Assembly (NCBI GenBank): GCA_964016885.1
Contig: OZ024749.1
Location: forward strand, 14,818,001-14,882,000
From: Eledone cirrhosa
Taxonomy: Eukaryota
Direction: 5' to 3'
DNA length: 64,000 nucleotides
In this document: positions 1 through 15,340 of the stretch, piece by piece
Position numbering within the stretch: position 1 is the stretch's first letter
Layout of the letters: every line of letters begins with the position of its first letter
Program-made: the position numbers and the translations under genes
Notes under the pieces: generated by a model
Database searches by the model: none
Told to the model about the DNA's origin: nothing
What the model saw: the letters and a program-made list of their open reading frames with translations, nothing else

Positions 1-295
1 GAACCTATATATATATATGTGTGTATATATATGTGTATATATATAGGAATATCTCTCTATATATATAGGTATCTATAGGTCTATCTATCTCTCTCTCTCT
101 ATATATATATATATCTCTCTCTCTCTATATATATATATATCTATCTCTCTCTCTATATATATATATCTATCTCTCTCTCTATATCTATCTCTCTCTCTCT
201 CTCTATATATATCTATCTCTCTCTCTCTATATATATCTATCTCTCTCTCTCTATATCTATCTCTCTCTATATCTATCTCTCTCTCTCTCTCTATA

Positions 296-389
<94 letters not shown>

Positions 390-432
390 TAGATATACCT
401 ATAGATACCTATATATATAGAGAGATATACTC

Positions 433-471
<39 letters not shown>

Positions 472-476
<5 letters not shown>

Positions 477-663
477 GAAGGAAATGTGGTAAGGAACCAG
501 ATGGACCATAACGCACCAAAGTACTCAATACTTAGGGTTGTAGAGTGGGTAATAGGAACGAGTAGGACCCCAAGGCTGAGCTCAAGCCGTTTCGACGGCT
601 AATTCTGGACTCCAGAATTAGCCGTCGAAACGGCTTGAGCTCAGCCTCGGGGTCCTACTCGTT

Positions 664-668
<5 letters not shown>
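472..668. mobile_element. Fold-back element, family A (58-bp arms 552-609 / 611-668)
   Basis: Near-perfect hairpin between (TA)n tracts. Shares the ACGAAGGAAATGTGGTAAGGAA terminus with the copies at 15.7, 34.8, 56.9 and 57.9 kb. Confidence 0.72.
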
Positions 669-700
<32 letters not shown>

Positions 701-1647
701 ATGCAAATAGACTTACATCTGCATTACTCCTATAGGCACACGCAGACATGTACACACACAAGCACACACATCTGTATACAGAGACACACATACACACTCA
801 TTTGTGTATTATACAGTTGTACTTTGGAATGGTCATTCTAACTCACCCCCACACACACACTTTCATATAAACACACACACACATAGATACTTTCATAAAC
901 ACACACACACATACATACTTTCATACAAACACACACACACATACATACATACATACATACATACACACACACATACATACTTTCATATAAACACACACAT
1001 ACATACTTTCATATAAACACACACGCACATACATACTTTCATATAAACACACACGCACATACATACTTTCATATAAACACACACACACACATACATACTT
1101 TCATATAAACACACACACACATACTTTCATATAAACACACACACATACATATATACAAACACATACGCACACAAACACTAATTATAATTCTCTTCATTAT
1201 TGTTACTACCAAAGTACCACAATCTCTCTCTGCCTCTCCGTCTGTCTCACTATCTCCCTCTCTCTCTGTGCCTCTCACTACATCCCTCTATCTCTCTGCC
1301 TCTCACTAACTCCCTCTCTCACTATCTCCATCCCTTTATCACTATCTCCCTCTCCTCTACCTTTTGTTCTCTCTCTCCTCTCTCACACTCTCTTAACACA
1401 CTGTTAAACATCAACAACATGGTAAATGTGTGTGTGTGTGTGTGTGTGTGTATGTTAATGTTTATGTGAATGAGTGTGTGTGTGTGTGTGAGAGGGAATA
1501 TGAGAGTGTGTGCAAGTTGCTGTGTGTATGAAAGTATGTATATGGGTATGAGTGTGTGTATGTGAATGTATATGCATGTGTGTATTTATATATATATATG
1601 TATGTATATGTATGTATATGTATGTATATATATATATGAGCATATGT

Positions 1648-1867
1648 GAAGGCGTGTGACTGAGTGGTTAGAGAATTGGATTTGAAATCCTAAGGTTGTG
1701 AGTTCGGTTCCTGGACCAGGCGATGCGTTATGTCCTTGAGCAAGACACTTTATTTCACGTTGCTTCTTCTACCTGGAGTTGCGACCAATAGATAGTATTA
1801 GCAATTGGAAAGACAAACGGAAACATTGTTCCCTCGGTCCGATTTGACGAAAGTCGATCGTTCCTTT
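1648..1867 (+). mobile_element. tRNA-CORE SINE with alternative tail (second copy at 16016-16225)
   Basis: A/B boxes, CORE, tail CCCTCGGTCCGATTTGACGAAAGTCGATCGTTCCTTT. Confidence 0.8.
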
Positions 1868-2438
1868 ATATATGAGCATGTGTATGTGTCAATGTATGTA
1901 TATATATGTGAGTGTGTATATGTATGTATATATATATATGAGTATGTGTATGAGTCAGTGTATATGTGTATGTATGTATATATATATATATGTGTGTATA
2001 GGTATGTATAGGTATGTATAGGTATGTGTATATGTATGTATATGTGTGTGTGTATATATATATATATATATGAGTATGTGTATGAGTCAGTGTATATGTG
2101 TATGTATGTATATATATATATATATATATATGTATATGTATGTATAGGTATGTGTATATGTATGTATATGTGTGTGTGTATATATATATATGTGGATATG
2201 TATGTATATGTGTATGCACGTGTATATGTATACACACACGTGTGTGTGTGTGTGTGTGTGTGTGTGCCTTCTTTATATAACAACCACACTCTTCAAAGAC
2301 TGGCTAACACGAACATTACATCAGCAACACTAATTCAGACACGTGGAACCTCTGGATGTGTGTATGTGTAGCTGTGTGTGTGTGCGTGTGTGCGTGTGCG
2401 TGTGCGTGTGTGTGTGCGTGTGCGTGTGTATGTGTAGC

Positions 2439-2469
<31 letters not shown>

Positions 2470-2708
2470 CTGTGTGTGTATGCGTGTGTGTGTGTATGTG
2501 TAGCTGTGTGTGTGTGTGTATGTGTGTAGTTGTGTGTGTGTGTATGTGTGTAGTTGTGTGCGTGTGTAGCTGTGTGTGTGTGTGTGTAGCTGTGTGTGTG
2601 CGTGTGTGTGTATGTGTAGCTGTGTGTGTGTGTGTGTGTGTGTATGTGTAGCTGTGTGTGTGTGTGTGTGTGTGTATGTATAGATATATCTGTGGCTGTT
2701 AGTGTGTC

Positions 2709-2773
<65 letters not shown>

Positions 2774-2810
2774 CTATATCTGTGGCTGTGTGTGTGTGTG
2801 TGCATATATC

Positions 2811-2868
<58 letters not shown>

Positions 2869-3210
2869 GCTATATCTCTAGCTGTGTGTGTGCATATAAC
2901 TGTGTGTGTATGCATATAACTGTATGTGTGTATATATATAATATATATATATATATATTTATATATACATATTTATATATACATACATGTATATATATAT
3001 ATACATTATTTCTGAAGACGGCATATATGTGTGTTTGGTATGTATATTTAATCTTGATAGTTTGTATAATTTTGTATAATTTTGTACATAGATCTGTTGA
3101 ATATGCATGCCAATTCTAACACATATATATCCTAGAAACGATCGTTAAATAATGAACTTTTTTTGTTTAATATAAGGAACTGTTTCATTGTTTTATTCTT
3201 TATTTTTTTA

Positions 3211-3247
<37 letters not shown>

Positions 3248-3819
3248 GCATTCATAACACATATACATGTATATATATTTTACACACACACTGTGAGAAA
3301 TCTGTGTTTGGCAGTTCAGGTTGAATTTTGATACTTTTATATATAGATCATACTTGCAGAGAAAATTTGATATTTTTTCAGTTGAGAAACTTGGCTTTTT
3401 GAAATTTATTTATTTATTTCTGGGTTGTTACCCACCACGCCACACCACCCTCTCTAATGTCTCTGATTCCTTGTCTCACCACCACCACCTGCACCACCAT
3501 CTCACCCCTCACCAAACTCCAGAGTCCCCACCCCCTCATCACATCCACCACAGACAATTCCCCTTCTAACCCCATTCTCACACTACTACCACCACCACCA
3601 CTACTACTACCTTCACAGTCCCTCTTGCCCCTCATTCACTGTCTCACCGCTGCCACCACCAGTCTCCCACTTCACACCCCCTCCACCCCCACCCCCCACA
3701 GTCCCCCCAACACCACCGCCACCATCACTAGAGCAATGGAATCATTAAAATAATTTTTCAGTTGTAGTCAACCACTTTACATTTTCCTTAATAACACAGA
3801 ACATAACACTATACATCAC

Positions 3820-3829
3820 ATATATGTAC

Positions 3830-3867
<38 letters not shown>

Positions 3868-3872
3868 TATAT

Positions 3873-3923
<51 letters not shown>

Positions 3924-5918
3924 TATATATTGTATATATATATGTACTATATATTGTATATATATATATATATATATGTTATATATTATATATATATGTA
4001 CTATATATTTTATATATATATATATATGTTATATATTATATATATATGTACTATATATTTTATATATGTACTATATATTATATATATGAACTATATATAA
4101 TATAAATATGTACTATATATTATATATATGTACTATATATAATATAAATATGTACTATATATTATATATATGTACTATATATAATATAAATATGTACTAT
4201 ATATTATATATATGTACTATATATAATATAAATATGTACTATATATTATATATATGTACTATATATAATATAAATATGTACTATATATTATATATATGTA
4301 CTATATATAATATAAATATGTACTATATATTATATATATGTACTATATATAATATAAATATGTACTATATATTATATATATGTACTATATATAATATAAA
4401 TATGTACTATATATTATATATATGTACTATATATAATATAAATATGTACTATATATTATATATATGTACTATATATTATATATATGTACTATATATAATA
4501 TAAATATGTACTATATATTATATATAGCGTACAGTTCGGTGTCCACCAGGGCTCTGTTCTTAGCCCTCTCCTGTTCATCATAGTCCTGCAGGCAATAACA
4601 GAGGAGTTTATGACCGGATGCCCATGGGAGCTCCTGTATACAGATGACCTCACACTTATAGCTGAATCTAGAGAAGAAATTCCAAACTTGGAAGCAGGGA
4701 CTAAAAATAAATGGTCTCAAAGTCAACCTGACAAAGACTAAGGTCCTTGTAAGTAGACGAGAAAACAGAACCCAGATCCCCCCAGGGAAATGGCCTTGCT
4801 CAGTATGTAGGAAAGGTGTAGGTAGGAAATCCATTCTCTGCCCCAAATGCAAACAAAGGGTACACAAGAGATGTAGAGTGATCTCAGGAAGCTTAACTAA
4901 GAATGTAGGCTTCACATGTAGCAGCTGTGCTGGGACAGCAAGCAGCAAACAGCCACAGGAAACAAGTACCACCAATCTCTGGGAGGGCCCTGTAGAAACA
5001 GTAGACAGCTTCTGCTACCTAGGTGACCGAATTAGTAGCGGAGGTGGGTGTTCGGAAAGTACAATAACTAGGGTAAGAACGGGATGGAAGGAGCTACTGC
5101 CACTGCTAGCTGCAAAAGGCTTTTCCCTCAAAATGAAAGGCAGACTGTATGATGCGTGTATACGAACAGCAATGTTACATGGTAGTGAGACCTGGGCACT
5201 GTCTGTGGAAGACTTGCGTAGATTAGAAAGAAACGAAGCCTGCATGCTCCGATCGATGTGTAATAGTAATATACACAAACGGCAAAGCATAAATGAATTG
5301 AGAGAGAGACTGAGCATAAGAAGAATCAAATGCTGTGTGCAGGAGAGGCGGTTGCGTTGGTATGGACATGTTATCAGTATGAAGGATGACAGCTGCATAA
5401 AAAGGTGCAGAGCATTAGAAGTCGATGGAAACCGCGGAGTGGAGAGACTCAAGAAAACCTGGGATGAGGTGATAAAAGCCGACCTTACCCAATTACACCT
5501 CTCAAAGGCGATGACACACGACTGTGACCTCTGGCATCACGCAGTAATACAGAAGACCCAACCCCCCACGGGTACAAGCCGAAGCTGAAGCATATAGTCA
5601 ATATGCCATCACTGCAAAGTGATCGTGGAGGTGCCACGGCAAAAAAGCACCCAGCCCACGCTGTAAAGTGGATGTGTAGGCGCCATGGAAAAAGATCACC
5701 CCGCACTCACTGTAAATGAGGTTGGTGTTAGGAAGGGCATCCTAGCTGTAGAAATCAAGTCAGAATTAGTTCCCGTATGAGCAAGACAAGGTCAGCCGAC
5801 CGGACACTGCCCACAATAGGACAACCTGTCTAACCCATGCTAGCTTGGAAGAACGGACGTAAAATGGTGATGATGATATGTACTATATATATTATATATA
5901 TGTACTATATATATATAT

Positions 5919-5950
<32 letters not shown>

Positions 5951-6067
5951 CTATATATATATATGTACTATATATGATATATATATATATATATACTATA
6001 TATATATATGTACTATATATGATATATATGAACTATATATTATATATATATGTACTATTATATATAT

Positions 6068-6104
<37 letters not shown>

Positions 6105-6410
6105 TATATATATATATATATATGTACTATATATATATATATATGTACTATATATATATATATATGTACTATATATATATATATGTGTACTATATATACA
6201 TATATGTACTATATATACATATATGTACTATATATACATATATGTACTATATATACATATATGTACTATATATTATATATATGTACTATATATTATATAT
6301 ATGTACTATATATTATATATATGTACTATATATTATATATATATACTATATATAATACATATACATGTACTATATATTATATATATATATATGTACTATA
6401 TATTATATAT
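3820..6410. repeat. AT-rich TATGTACTA satellite (42-bp higher-order unit at about 4100-4470), split by an RTE insertion
   Basis: The same motif lies on both sides of 4527-5877. Confidence 0.9.
4527..5877 (+). mobile_element. Truncated, frameshifted RTE-PHD LINE (sister subfamily)
   Basis: GVHQGSVLSPLLF, YTDD, PHD motif, LHGSETW, RWYGHV, 3' UTR ending GATGATGAT. Inserted in a TATGTACTA satellite. Confidence 0.9.
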
Positions 6411-6831
6411 AACATATTCCACCCCACTCATTAAGTCAGTGAGATCTGGGATCTTGTCGATCGATCTATGAAACAAAACAAGCCATTTAATTTGCATCAA
6501 AACAAATATCCACAGAGCATTTATTTTATGAATGCAAAAAGTAAATGGAAACACCACAGTACAATGAAGAAATATAGTAGTTTAACGCTTGATATAGTAG
6601 GAAAAGAATCTTTACGTTTTGGACACTAGTGCTTCATTAGAATATAGAATGAGAAGAGGAAGGAACAGAGTACACACGTGCTTTGTTTTTGAGGCAAAGC
6701 ACGTGTACTCAGTCACTGACAGTAATGAGTGACTTTGCAATAAGGTGACGCACCGTTATCTTCAAAAATGATTTCTAATTAAGGCCCAAGTCCAGCAAAT
6801 TTGGGGCAAAGGCAGAGGCAATATTGATTAA

Positions 6832-9666
6832 CCCTTTAATGTTCAAACCGGCCAGAATTCTCTACCTTTTTCTGTTGAAACTGGCTGTAACTGGTCACTC
6901 AAACTGATGTTAAGGTATTGTTCTCAAAATAAATACTTTCCAAATCTCATAGATTCGATATTATGTGAGATAATTATGTGAGGTAAAGCCTTTACCATGA
7001 AAATATAATAGTATATATAGAGTAATGTGAATGTTATGTGAGGTAAAGCCTTTACCATGAAAATATAATAGTATATATAGAGTAATGTGAATGTTATGTG
7101 AGGTAAAGCCTTTACCATGAAAATATAATAGTATATATAGAGTAATGTGAATGTTATGTGAGGTAAAGCCTTTACCATGAGAATATAATAGTATATATAG
7201 AGTAATGTGAATGTTATGTGAGGTAAAGCCTTTACCATGAAAATATAGTATATATAGAGTAATGTGAATGTTATGTGAGGTAAAGCCTTTACCATGAAAA
7301 TATAACAGTATATATAGAGTAATGTGAATGTTATGTGAGGTAAAGCCTTTACCATGAAAATATAATAGTATATATAGAGTAATGTGAATGTTATGTGAGG
7401 TAAAGCCTTTACCATGAAAATATAATAGTATATATAGAGTAATGTGAATATTATGTGAGGTAAAGCCTTTACCATGAAAATATAATAGTATATATAGAGT
7501 AATGTGAATGTTATGTGAGGTAAACCCTTTACCATGAAAATATAATAGTATATATAGAGTAATGTGAATGTTATGTGAGGTAAAGCCTTTACCATGAGAA
7601 TATAATAGTATATATAGAGTAATGTGAATGTTATGTGAGGTAAAGCCTTTACCATGAAAATATAATAGTATATATAGAGTAATGTGAATGTTATGTGAGG
7701 TAAAGCCTTTACCATGAAAATATAATAGTATATATAGAGTAATGTGAATGTTATGTGAGGTAAAGCCTTTACCATGAGAATATAATAGTATATATAGAGT
7801 AATGTGAATGTTATGTGAGGTAAAGCCTTTACCATGAAAATATAATAGTATATATAGAGTAATGTGAATGTTATGTGAGGTAAAGCCTTTACCATGAGAA
7901 TATAATAGTATATATAGAGTAATGTGAATGTTATGTGAGGTAAAGCCTTTACCATGAAAATATAGTATATATAGAGTAATGTGAATGTTATGTGAGGTAA
8001 AGCCTTTACCATGAAAATATAACAGTATATATAGAGTAATGTGAATGTTATGTGAGGTAAAGCCTTTACCATGAAAATATAATAGTATATATAGAGTAAT
8101 GTGAATGTTATGTGAGGTAAAGCCTTTACCATGAAAATATAATAGTATATATAGAGTAATGTGAATGTTATGTGAGGTAAAGCCTTTACCATGAAAATAT
8201 AATAGTATATATAGAGTAATGTGAATGTTATGTGAGGTAAAGCCTTTACCATGAGAATATAATAGTATATATAGAGTAATGTGAATGTTATGTGAGGTAA
8301 AGCCTTTACCATGAAAATATAGTATATATAGAGTAATGTGAATGTTATGTGAGGTACAGCCTTTACCATGAAAATATAATAGTATATATAGAGTAATGTG
8401 AATGTTATGTGAGGTAAAGCCTTTACCATGAGAATATAATAGTATATATAGAGTAATGTGAATGTTATGTGAGGTAAAGCCTTTACCATGAAAATATAAT
8501 AGTATATATAGAGTAATGTGAATGTTATGCAAGGTAAAGCCTTTACCATGAAAATATAGTATATATAGAGTAATGTGAATGTTATGTGAGGTAAAGCCTT
8601 TACCATGAAAATATAGTATATATAGAGTAATGTGAATGTTATGTGAGGTAAAGCCTTTACCATGAGAATATAATAGTATATATAGAGTAATGTGAATGTT
8701 ATGTGAGGTAAAGCCTTTACCATGAAAATATAATAGTATATATAGAGTAATGTGAATGTTATGTGAGGTAAAGCCTTTACCATGAGAACATAATAGTATA
8801 TATAGAGTAATGTGAATGTTATGTGAGGTAAAGCCTTTACCATGAGAATATAATAGTATATATAGAGTAATGTGAATGTTATGCAAGGTAAAGCCTTTAC
8901 TATGAGAATATAATAGTATATATAGAGTAATGTGAATGTTATGTGAGGTAAAGCCTTTACCATGAAAATATAATAGTATATATAGAGTAATGTGAATGTT
9001 ATGCAAGGTAAAGCCTTTACTATGAGAATATAATAGTATATATAGAGTAATGTGAATGTTATGTGAGGTAAAGCCTTTACCATGAAAATATAATAGTATA
9101 TATAGAGTAATGTGAATGTTATGCAAGGTAAAGCCTTTACTATGAGAATATAATAGTATATATAGAGTAATGTGAATGTTATGTGAGGTAAAGCCTTTAC
9201 TATGAAAATATAATAGTATATATAGAGTAATGTGAATGTTATGTGAGGTAAAGCCTTTACCATGAAAATATAATAGTATATATAGAGTAATGTGAATGTT
9301 ATGTGAGGTAAAGCCTTTACCATGAAAATATAATAGTATATATAGAGTAATGTGAATGTTATGCAAGGTAAAGCCTTTACTATGAGAATATAATAGTATA
9401 TATAGAGTAATGTGAATGTTATGTGAGGTAAAGCCTTTACTATGAAAATATAATAGTATATATAGAGTAATGTGAATGTTATGTGAGGTAAAGCCTTTAC
9501 CATGAAAATATAATAGTATATATAGAGTAATGTGAATGTTATGTGAGGTAAAGCCTTTACCATGAAAATATAATAGTATATATAGAGTAATGTGAATGTT
9601 ATGTGAGGTAAAGCCTTTACCATGAAAATATAATAGTATATATAGAGTAATGTGAATGCTAAAGGG
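6832..9666. mobile_element. TTAA-flanked piggyBac-type MITE containing an expanded 60-bp satellite
   Basis: TTAA|CCCTTTA...TAAAGGG|TTAA. Interrupts a SINE tail that resumes after 9670. Homologous to 46770-46995. Confidence 0.8.
6973..9660. repeat. 60-bp (some 57-bp) minisatellite, about 45 copies
   Basis: Unit TTATGTGAGGTAAAGCCTTTACCATGAAAATATAATAGTATATATAGAGTAATGTGAATG. Confidence 0.97.
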
Positions 9667-10988
9667 TTAAATCAAAATCAGTACATGACTGGTACTTTAT
9701 TTTATCGAATCCAAAAGGATGAAAGGCAAGAATAAGAAATATAAGATAGACAGAAACTGAGAAAAGGAAGGAATGGAAAAAGAATTTTTTTTTAAGCCAA
9801 AGCACGTGTATATTTAGCTAGCCATCACAGACTCTAACAACTCTGCTAATTCTCAACCTAATGTATTGGCTGTTTCGTACCAATTTTTTTTTTTTTTCAA
9901 GATTTTCCTCTTGAAAAACAGGACATGACCACTTGAATAGCAAAAGTGATGGCATTTATTGGGTCGGCTTCCCCCTCTCAATATATATTAATAACAACTA
10001 CTATTACAACAACCACAATAGTTTCTCAATATATATTAATAACAACTACTATTACAACAACCACAATAGTTTCTCAATATATATTAATAACAACTACTAT
10101 TACAACAACCACAATAGTTTCCAATTTCAGCACAAGGCCAGAATTTTATTTATTTATTTAATGGTACTTTATTTTATCGATCCCAGTACTTGAATGGTAC
10201 TTTATTTTATCAATCCTTGGAAGGATGAATGGCAAAGTTGAACTCAGAATGTAAAGGGCCATAACTAAATGCTGCAATGATGCTCTAACGATTCCTTCCA
10301 CCCCAACCATCAGCCCTTATACCCCCCCCCCACTAATAATGATAATAACAACCTATAAATTAGGCACAAGGTCAACAATTTAGCAAAGGGAAGGGAAGGA
10401 GAAAGTCCATTATACCAATCTCAGTTCATTACTGGTACTTTATTTTACTGACAACAGATGGCTGAAAGGCGGAGTCCACCTAGACAGGATTTGAACTCAG
10501 AATGTAAAGGGCTGTTACAAAATGCCACAAAGCACTTTGTCTGACGCTCTACAGATTCTGCCAGTTCACTGGCCTCACAACAACATCAGGTGATATAAAC
10601 CCGGCCCACCACCCCTTCTGTACACAGATGCAAAACAAGATTATGGGGTGTTGGATACAGTTTACTCATGACTTCTGACATTCTACCCCTGTTCTATACT
10701 GATAACCTGTGAAATGTAGGTCAATAAATGTATAATAATAACAATTTATATATATACACACACACACATATATATATACATATATGTGTGTGTGTATGTA
10801 TGTATACATATTTATATATATATATATATACATAGAGAGAGAGGAGGGGAAGAAAAATAGATGGAGAGATAGCTATCATACATACATGTGAGTGTGTAGA
10901 TATATATATATATATGCATAGAAATGAGTATATACAACATGCACACACAAATAATGTCTGTAAATGCATGCATACACACACACGTACA

Positions 10989-11495
10989 TTAATCAGTATA
11001 CACTGAGGATGAAAAACTCAGAGCTGTATGGGAGCCTCCCAAAAGTCAGCTCAAAAGTGACACAGAGAAGACCGAGGTTAGCTGGACATGCTCACCGACA
11101 TCCAGAGTTGACATTGCACTCACTGCTCCTGTGGGAGCCCCTACATGGGCACACTGGAAGAGGGAGACTGAGGTTAGCTGGACATGCTCACCGACATCCA
11201 GAGTTGACACTGCACTCACTGCTCCTGTGGGAGCCCCTACATGGGCACACTGGAAGAGGGAGACTGAGGTTAGCTGGACATGCTCGCCGACATCCAGAGT
11301 TGACACTGCACTCACTGCTCCTGTGGGAGCCCTACCTGGGCACACTGGAAGAGGAAGACCAAGGTTAACGTATTTTGATGCCCTAAGGACAGACACTGGT
11401 CTGTTGGAGACGCAGGACATGGCAGTGATAATGAGGGACAGAGACTGCTGGAGAGAACTCGTCCATGGATCTCGGGAATTTTACCCGCACTAGAA
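10989..11495 (+). mobile_element. 3' fragment of the 36.5-kb RTE-like family with an internal 87-bp triplication
   Basis: NQYTLRMKNSEL...RLAGHAHRHPELTLHSLLLWEPLHGHTGRGR repeated three times. Confidence 0.85.
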
Positions 11496-11574
11496 TAGAT
11501 ATAGATATGGTTAATGTGACTTGTGTACATGCCCATATACATATGTATGTGTGTATACTATACATGTTGATGGA

Positions 11575-12110
11575 CAGTGTTGGTGGGGTGGAGGTAGGGT
11601 GGGGTGGTGGAGGTAGTGGTGGGGTGGAGGTGGTAAGGTGGGGTGTTGGAGGTAGAGGTGGAGTGGAGGTGGTAAGGTGGGGTGTTGGAGGTAGAGGTGG
11701 AGTGGAGGTGGTAAGGTGGGGTGTTGGAGGTAGAGGTGGAGTGGAGGTGGTAAGGTGGGGTGTTGGAGGTAGTGCTGGGGTGGAGGTGGTAGGTGGGGCG
11801 TTGGGGTGGAGGTGGTAGGTGGGGTGGAGGTGGTAGGTGGGGTCTTGGAGGTAGTGGTGGGATCTTGGAGGTAGTGGTGGGGTGTTGGAGGTAGTGGTAG
11901 AGTGTAGGAGGTAATGGTGGGGTGTAGGAGGTAATGGCGGGGTGTTGGAGGTAGTGGCGGGGTGTTGGAGGTAGTGGCGAGGTGTTGGAGGTAGTGGCGG
12001 GGTGTTGGAGGTAGTGGCGGGGTGTTGGAGGTAGTGGTGGGGTAGAGGTGATAGGTGGGGTGTTGGAGGTAATGGTGGGGTGTTGGAGGTAGTGGTGGGG
12101 TGGAGGTATT
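11575..12110. repeat. G-rich minisatellite
   Basis: GGGGTGTTGGAGGTAGTGGT/C units. Confidence 0.9.
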
Positions 12111-12538
12111 GATGACGGCAAATTAAGAAAAAAAAAAAAAAGTTAAACTATAAAAAACCTTTCATATATTTTCTGTGAGATATTCTTGATCCTAGCTAGA
12201 GTGAGATAAACATACGGGGTTCCAATTTATCACACACACTCACATAGACAAAGATACACATACACTCACACACATACATACATAGACAAAGATAAACATA
12301 CATACACATACAGGATTTAGGAATGACCCCTAAGGAAAATTACAGAAGCAACTAAATAGGAAAGGAATATTAGGTATGTGACCTCATACATTGCATATAT
12401 ATGTGTATATATGTATATATATATGTATATATGTGTGTATATATGTATGTATATAATTTATTATTATTATTGTCATTGTTATTATTATGTTTTTTTTTTC
12501 GTGCAATGGCCATACTCGATAATGAGGGATCAGCCATC

Positions 12539-12573
<35 letters not shown>

Positions 12574-12596
12574 TAGGCATCTCTCTCTCTCATATA

Positions 12597-12788
12597 TATG
12601 AGGGTCAAATGAAAAGTTCAGAGGCTGACCAAGATACTCTCATGGAATGACCAAATGAGGGTATACTTTTCAACATAGTCCCTGGAGAGAAACAATGCAG
12701 TTAATAAGAAGAGTTGAAATTAAAGCACGCAAGATTTCACAGCTCTTGCCTTCAACCTTCAGTCAACCTGTAAACTTTTCAGCTGACC

Positions 12789-12793
<5 letters not shown>
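12597..12793. mobile_element. Mariner-derived MITE
   Basis: Imperfect TIRs TATGAGGGTCAAATGAAAAGTT / AACTTTTCAGCTGACCCACATA in TA context. Confidence 0.7.
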
Positions 12794-12825
<32 letters not shown>

Positions 12826-12844
12826 ATACATTTTTTGGGACACC

Positions 12845-12888
<44 letters not shown>

Positions 12889-12898
12889 ATGTGTATGT

Positions 12899-13130
12899 GA
12901 GGCTTCGTAGTTAGGGTATTTAGCTTACCATTGTAAGGTCATGAGTTTGATTCACGGTGGCGCGTTGTGTCCTTGAGCAAGACACTTTATTTCGCATTGC
13001 TCCAGTCCATTCAACTGGCAAAATTTCAAAAGGGGCAGCCATGTCACATTCTGTGCCAAGCTGAATCTCCCTGAGAATTACATTAAGTGTGTACATGTCT
13101 GTGGAATGCTCAGCCACTTGCACATTAATC
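12899..13130 (+). mobile_element. tRNA-CORE SINE, third tail type (minus-strand copy at 59150-59498)
   Basis: CORE plus GCTGAATCTCCCTGAGAA..CATTAAG tail. Confidence 0.75.
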
Positions 13131-13978
13131 AACCAACTGGAACACTAGTTGTTGTAACTGACAGAGTGCCACCATGGATCATCTCCACCATGAGCTTCAA
13201 CGATCTGAGGTCTGTTCTCACCACCTCTGCCCATGTTTTTCGTGGTCTACCTCTACCACGTCTTCCTTCAACTGGCATTTCCTGGCACTTCTTCACCCAT
13301 CGGTCATCCTCCATACGCATCACATGTCCATACCACCTCAGTCTCCTCTCCCGTACACTACATTCTATCTTTCTCAGACACAGTTTCTCTCTCAACACAT
13401 TTATGCTGGGTCGTTCACGCACATTTACACTGCACATCCAACGGAACATGCTTGCCTCATTTCTCTCCAGCCATCGCATATCCTCTGCAGTTGCAGCATC
13501 ACGCTCCTCACACAGGCATCATATAACCGGCCTTCGTAGAAACCCTTCTTCGTCAACAGAGGAAGCAGCTCCCTAAACTTCTTCCAACCCGTCATTCTAG
13601 ATACTATGGCCTTGGAACCCCCCCCCCCATGCTAATCTGATCTCCTAGGTACCGGAAGCTATCCACCACTTCTATAGCACCCTCCTGCAATTGAAAAATG
13701 TGTCTATCAATGCGACTTCTGTCTAATTTCCCTGTACATCTACTGCATACATATTTCTCCCTACCTGTTAGTTTGCCTGCTATCCCGCTACATCTCTTGT
13801 GTACCCAGGATATGCATTGTGTGCATTTTATAGAATTTATGCCAGTTACTTTTCTGCATATCGAACATGGCCATTTCCCTGATGGAATCAGGGTTCTGTC
13901 CTCTTTTCTACTCATCAACACTTTTGTCTTAGCTAGGTTCACTCTCAGTCCTCTTGTTTCCAACTGCTGTTTCCATAG
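13130..13978 (-). mobile_element. Degenerate RTE-PHD LINE fragment (third subfamily)
   Basis: GLRVNLAKTK, GKWPCSIC...WVHKRC, FRYLGD, RWYGHVMR, GRPRKTW in two frames. Confidence 0.88.
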
Positions 13979-15340
13979 ATGTGTACATATATATATGTAT
14001 ATGTCTGTGAGTGTATATATATTAAATCCTTTGTTCTGTCATCCTAGACCATTAACTTACAGACCCCTGCAAGCGGAATTTGTCGATTTTGGATTTGCAG
14101 AAACCTACCGCTGATGTTGTGTGCTGTATGTGATGTATATCGTATGCTATACGATATGCATTATATGTTGCATTCGGCCTCACCGTTATGTCCAGGTCAG
14201 TCTAAAATCTTTTCCTGAGTCCAACCATTCTCGTTGCTGTGGTAATGTGGCTGGACTGCCGATCGCTATATTTGATTTGCTAAGCTGTCTAAACGTATTG
14301 TTATTACTCTGGGGTACTATTCCCATTCCAGTGCTAAAGCTACATACCGAATTTGCATTCGTTAGCTTGGCCGCAAACTAAAGCTTCGTTAATGCTGTAC
14401 TAAAATTTGTATATATATATAGGTATATATATATATGTATGTATATGTCTGTGAGTGTGTGTATATATATGTATATGTCTGTGAGTGTGTATATAAATAT
14501 GTATATGTCTGTGAGTGTGTATATAAATATGTATATGTCTGCGAGTGTGTGTATATATATATATATGTATGTATATGTCTGTGAGTGTGTGTATATATAT
14601 GTATATGTCTGTGAGTGTGTATATAAATATGTATATGTCTGTGAGTGTGTATATAAATATGTATATGTCTGTGAGTGTGTGTATATATATATATATGTAT
14701 GTATATGTCTGTGAGTGTGTATATATATATATATATAGGTATATGTCTGTGAGTGTGTGTGTATGTATGTATATGTCTGTGAGTGTGTGTATATATATGT
14801 ATGTATATGTCTGTGAGTGTGTGTATATATGTTGATGTAATTGCTTCAGTTTCAACACACCATGTGACTGATAACAGTAACCATGGTGAGAATTGTGGCC
14901 AGCAATAGCAACAGTAACCAGGGGCAACAACACTAACAGTAACACTAACAGTAACCATGGTGACGATGAATGGCACTAACAACACCAATGGTAACCATGG
15001 TGACAAGTGTGGCTAACAACTCCAGCAATAACCATGGTGATGAGTAGATGTAGCAATAACAGTAACCATAGAAACGGAAGTGTGTGGCAACAATAACAGT
15101 AACCATGGTAATGAGAGTTTGTGGTAACACTAACAGTAACTATGGTAACATGAGTGTGTGGCAACAATAACAGTAATCCATCCAAGGGTTGATAAAACAA
15201 AGTATACGAGTGATGTATTAGGGGTCATAATTAACAATTGCTTCTACTTTAGGTGCAAGGTCAGAAATTTGACGGGGGAGGAGTAAGTCGACTAAATTGA
15301 CCTCAGTATGTTACTGCTACTTTATTTTATATATATATAT

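Noticed and set aside
6924-9623. 899-aa and 801-aa ORFs
   Set aside because: Translations of a 60-bp satellite whose unit length is a multiple of 3. No protein signal.
10575-10706. Minus-strand acceptor TTTCACAG|G
   Set aside because: All three frames stop within 14 codons and there is no good donor.
11558-12121. Pro/His-rich minus-strand ORF as the next FNDC3 exon
   Set aside because: G-rich minisatellite with no splice sites or recognisable motif.
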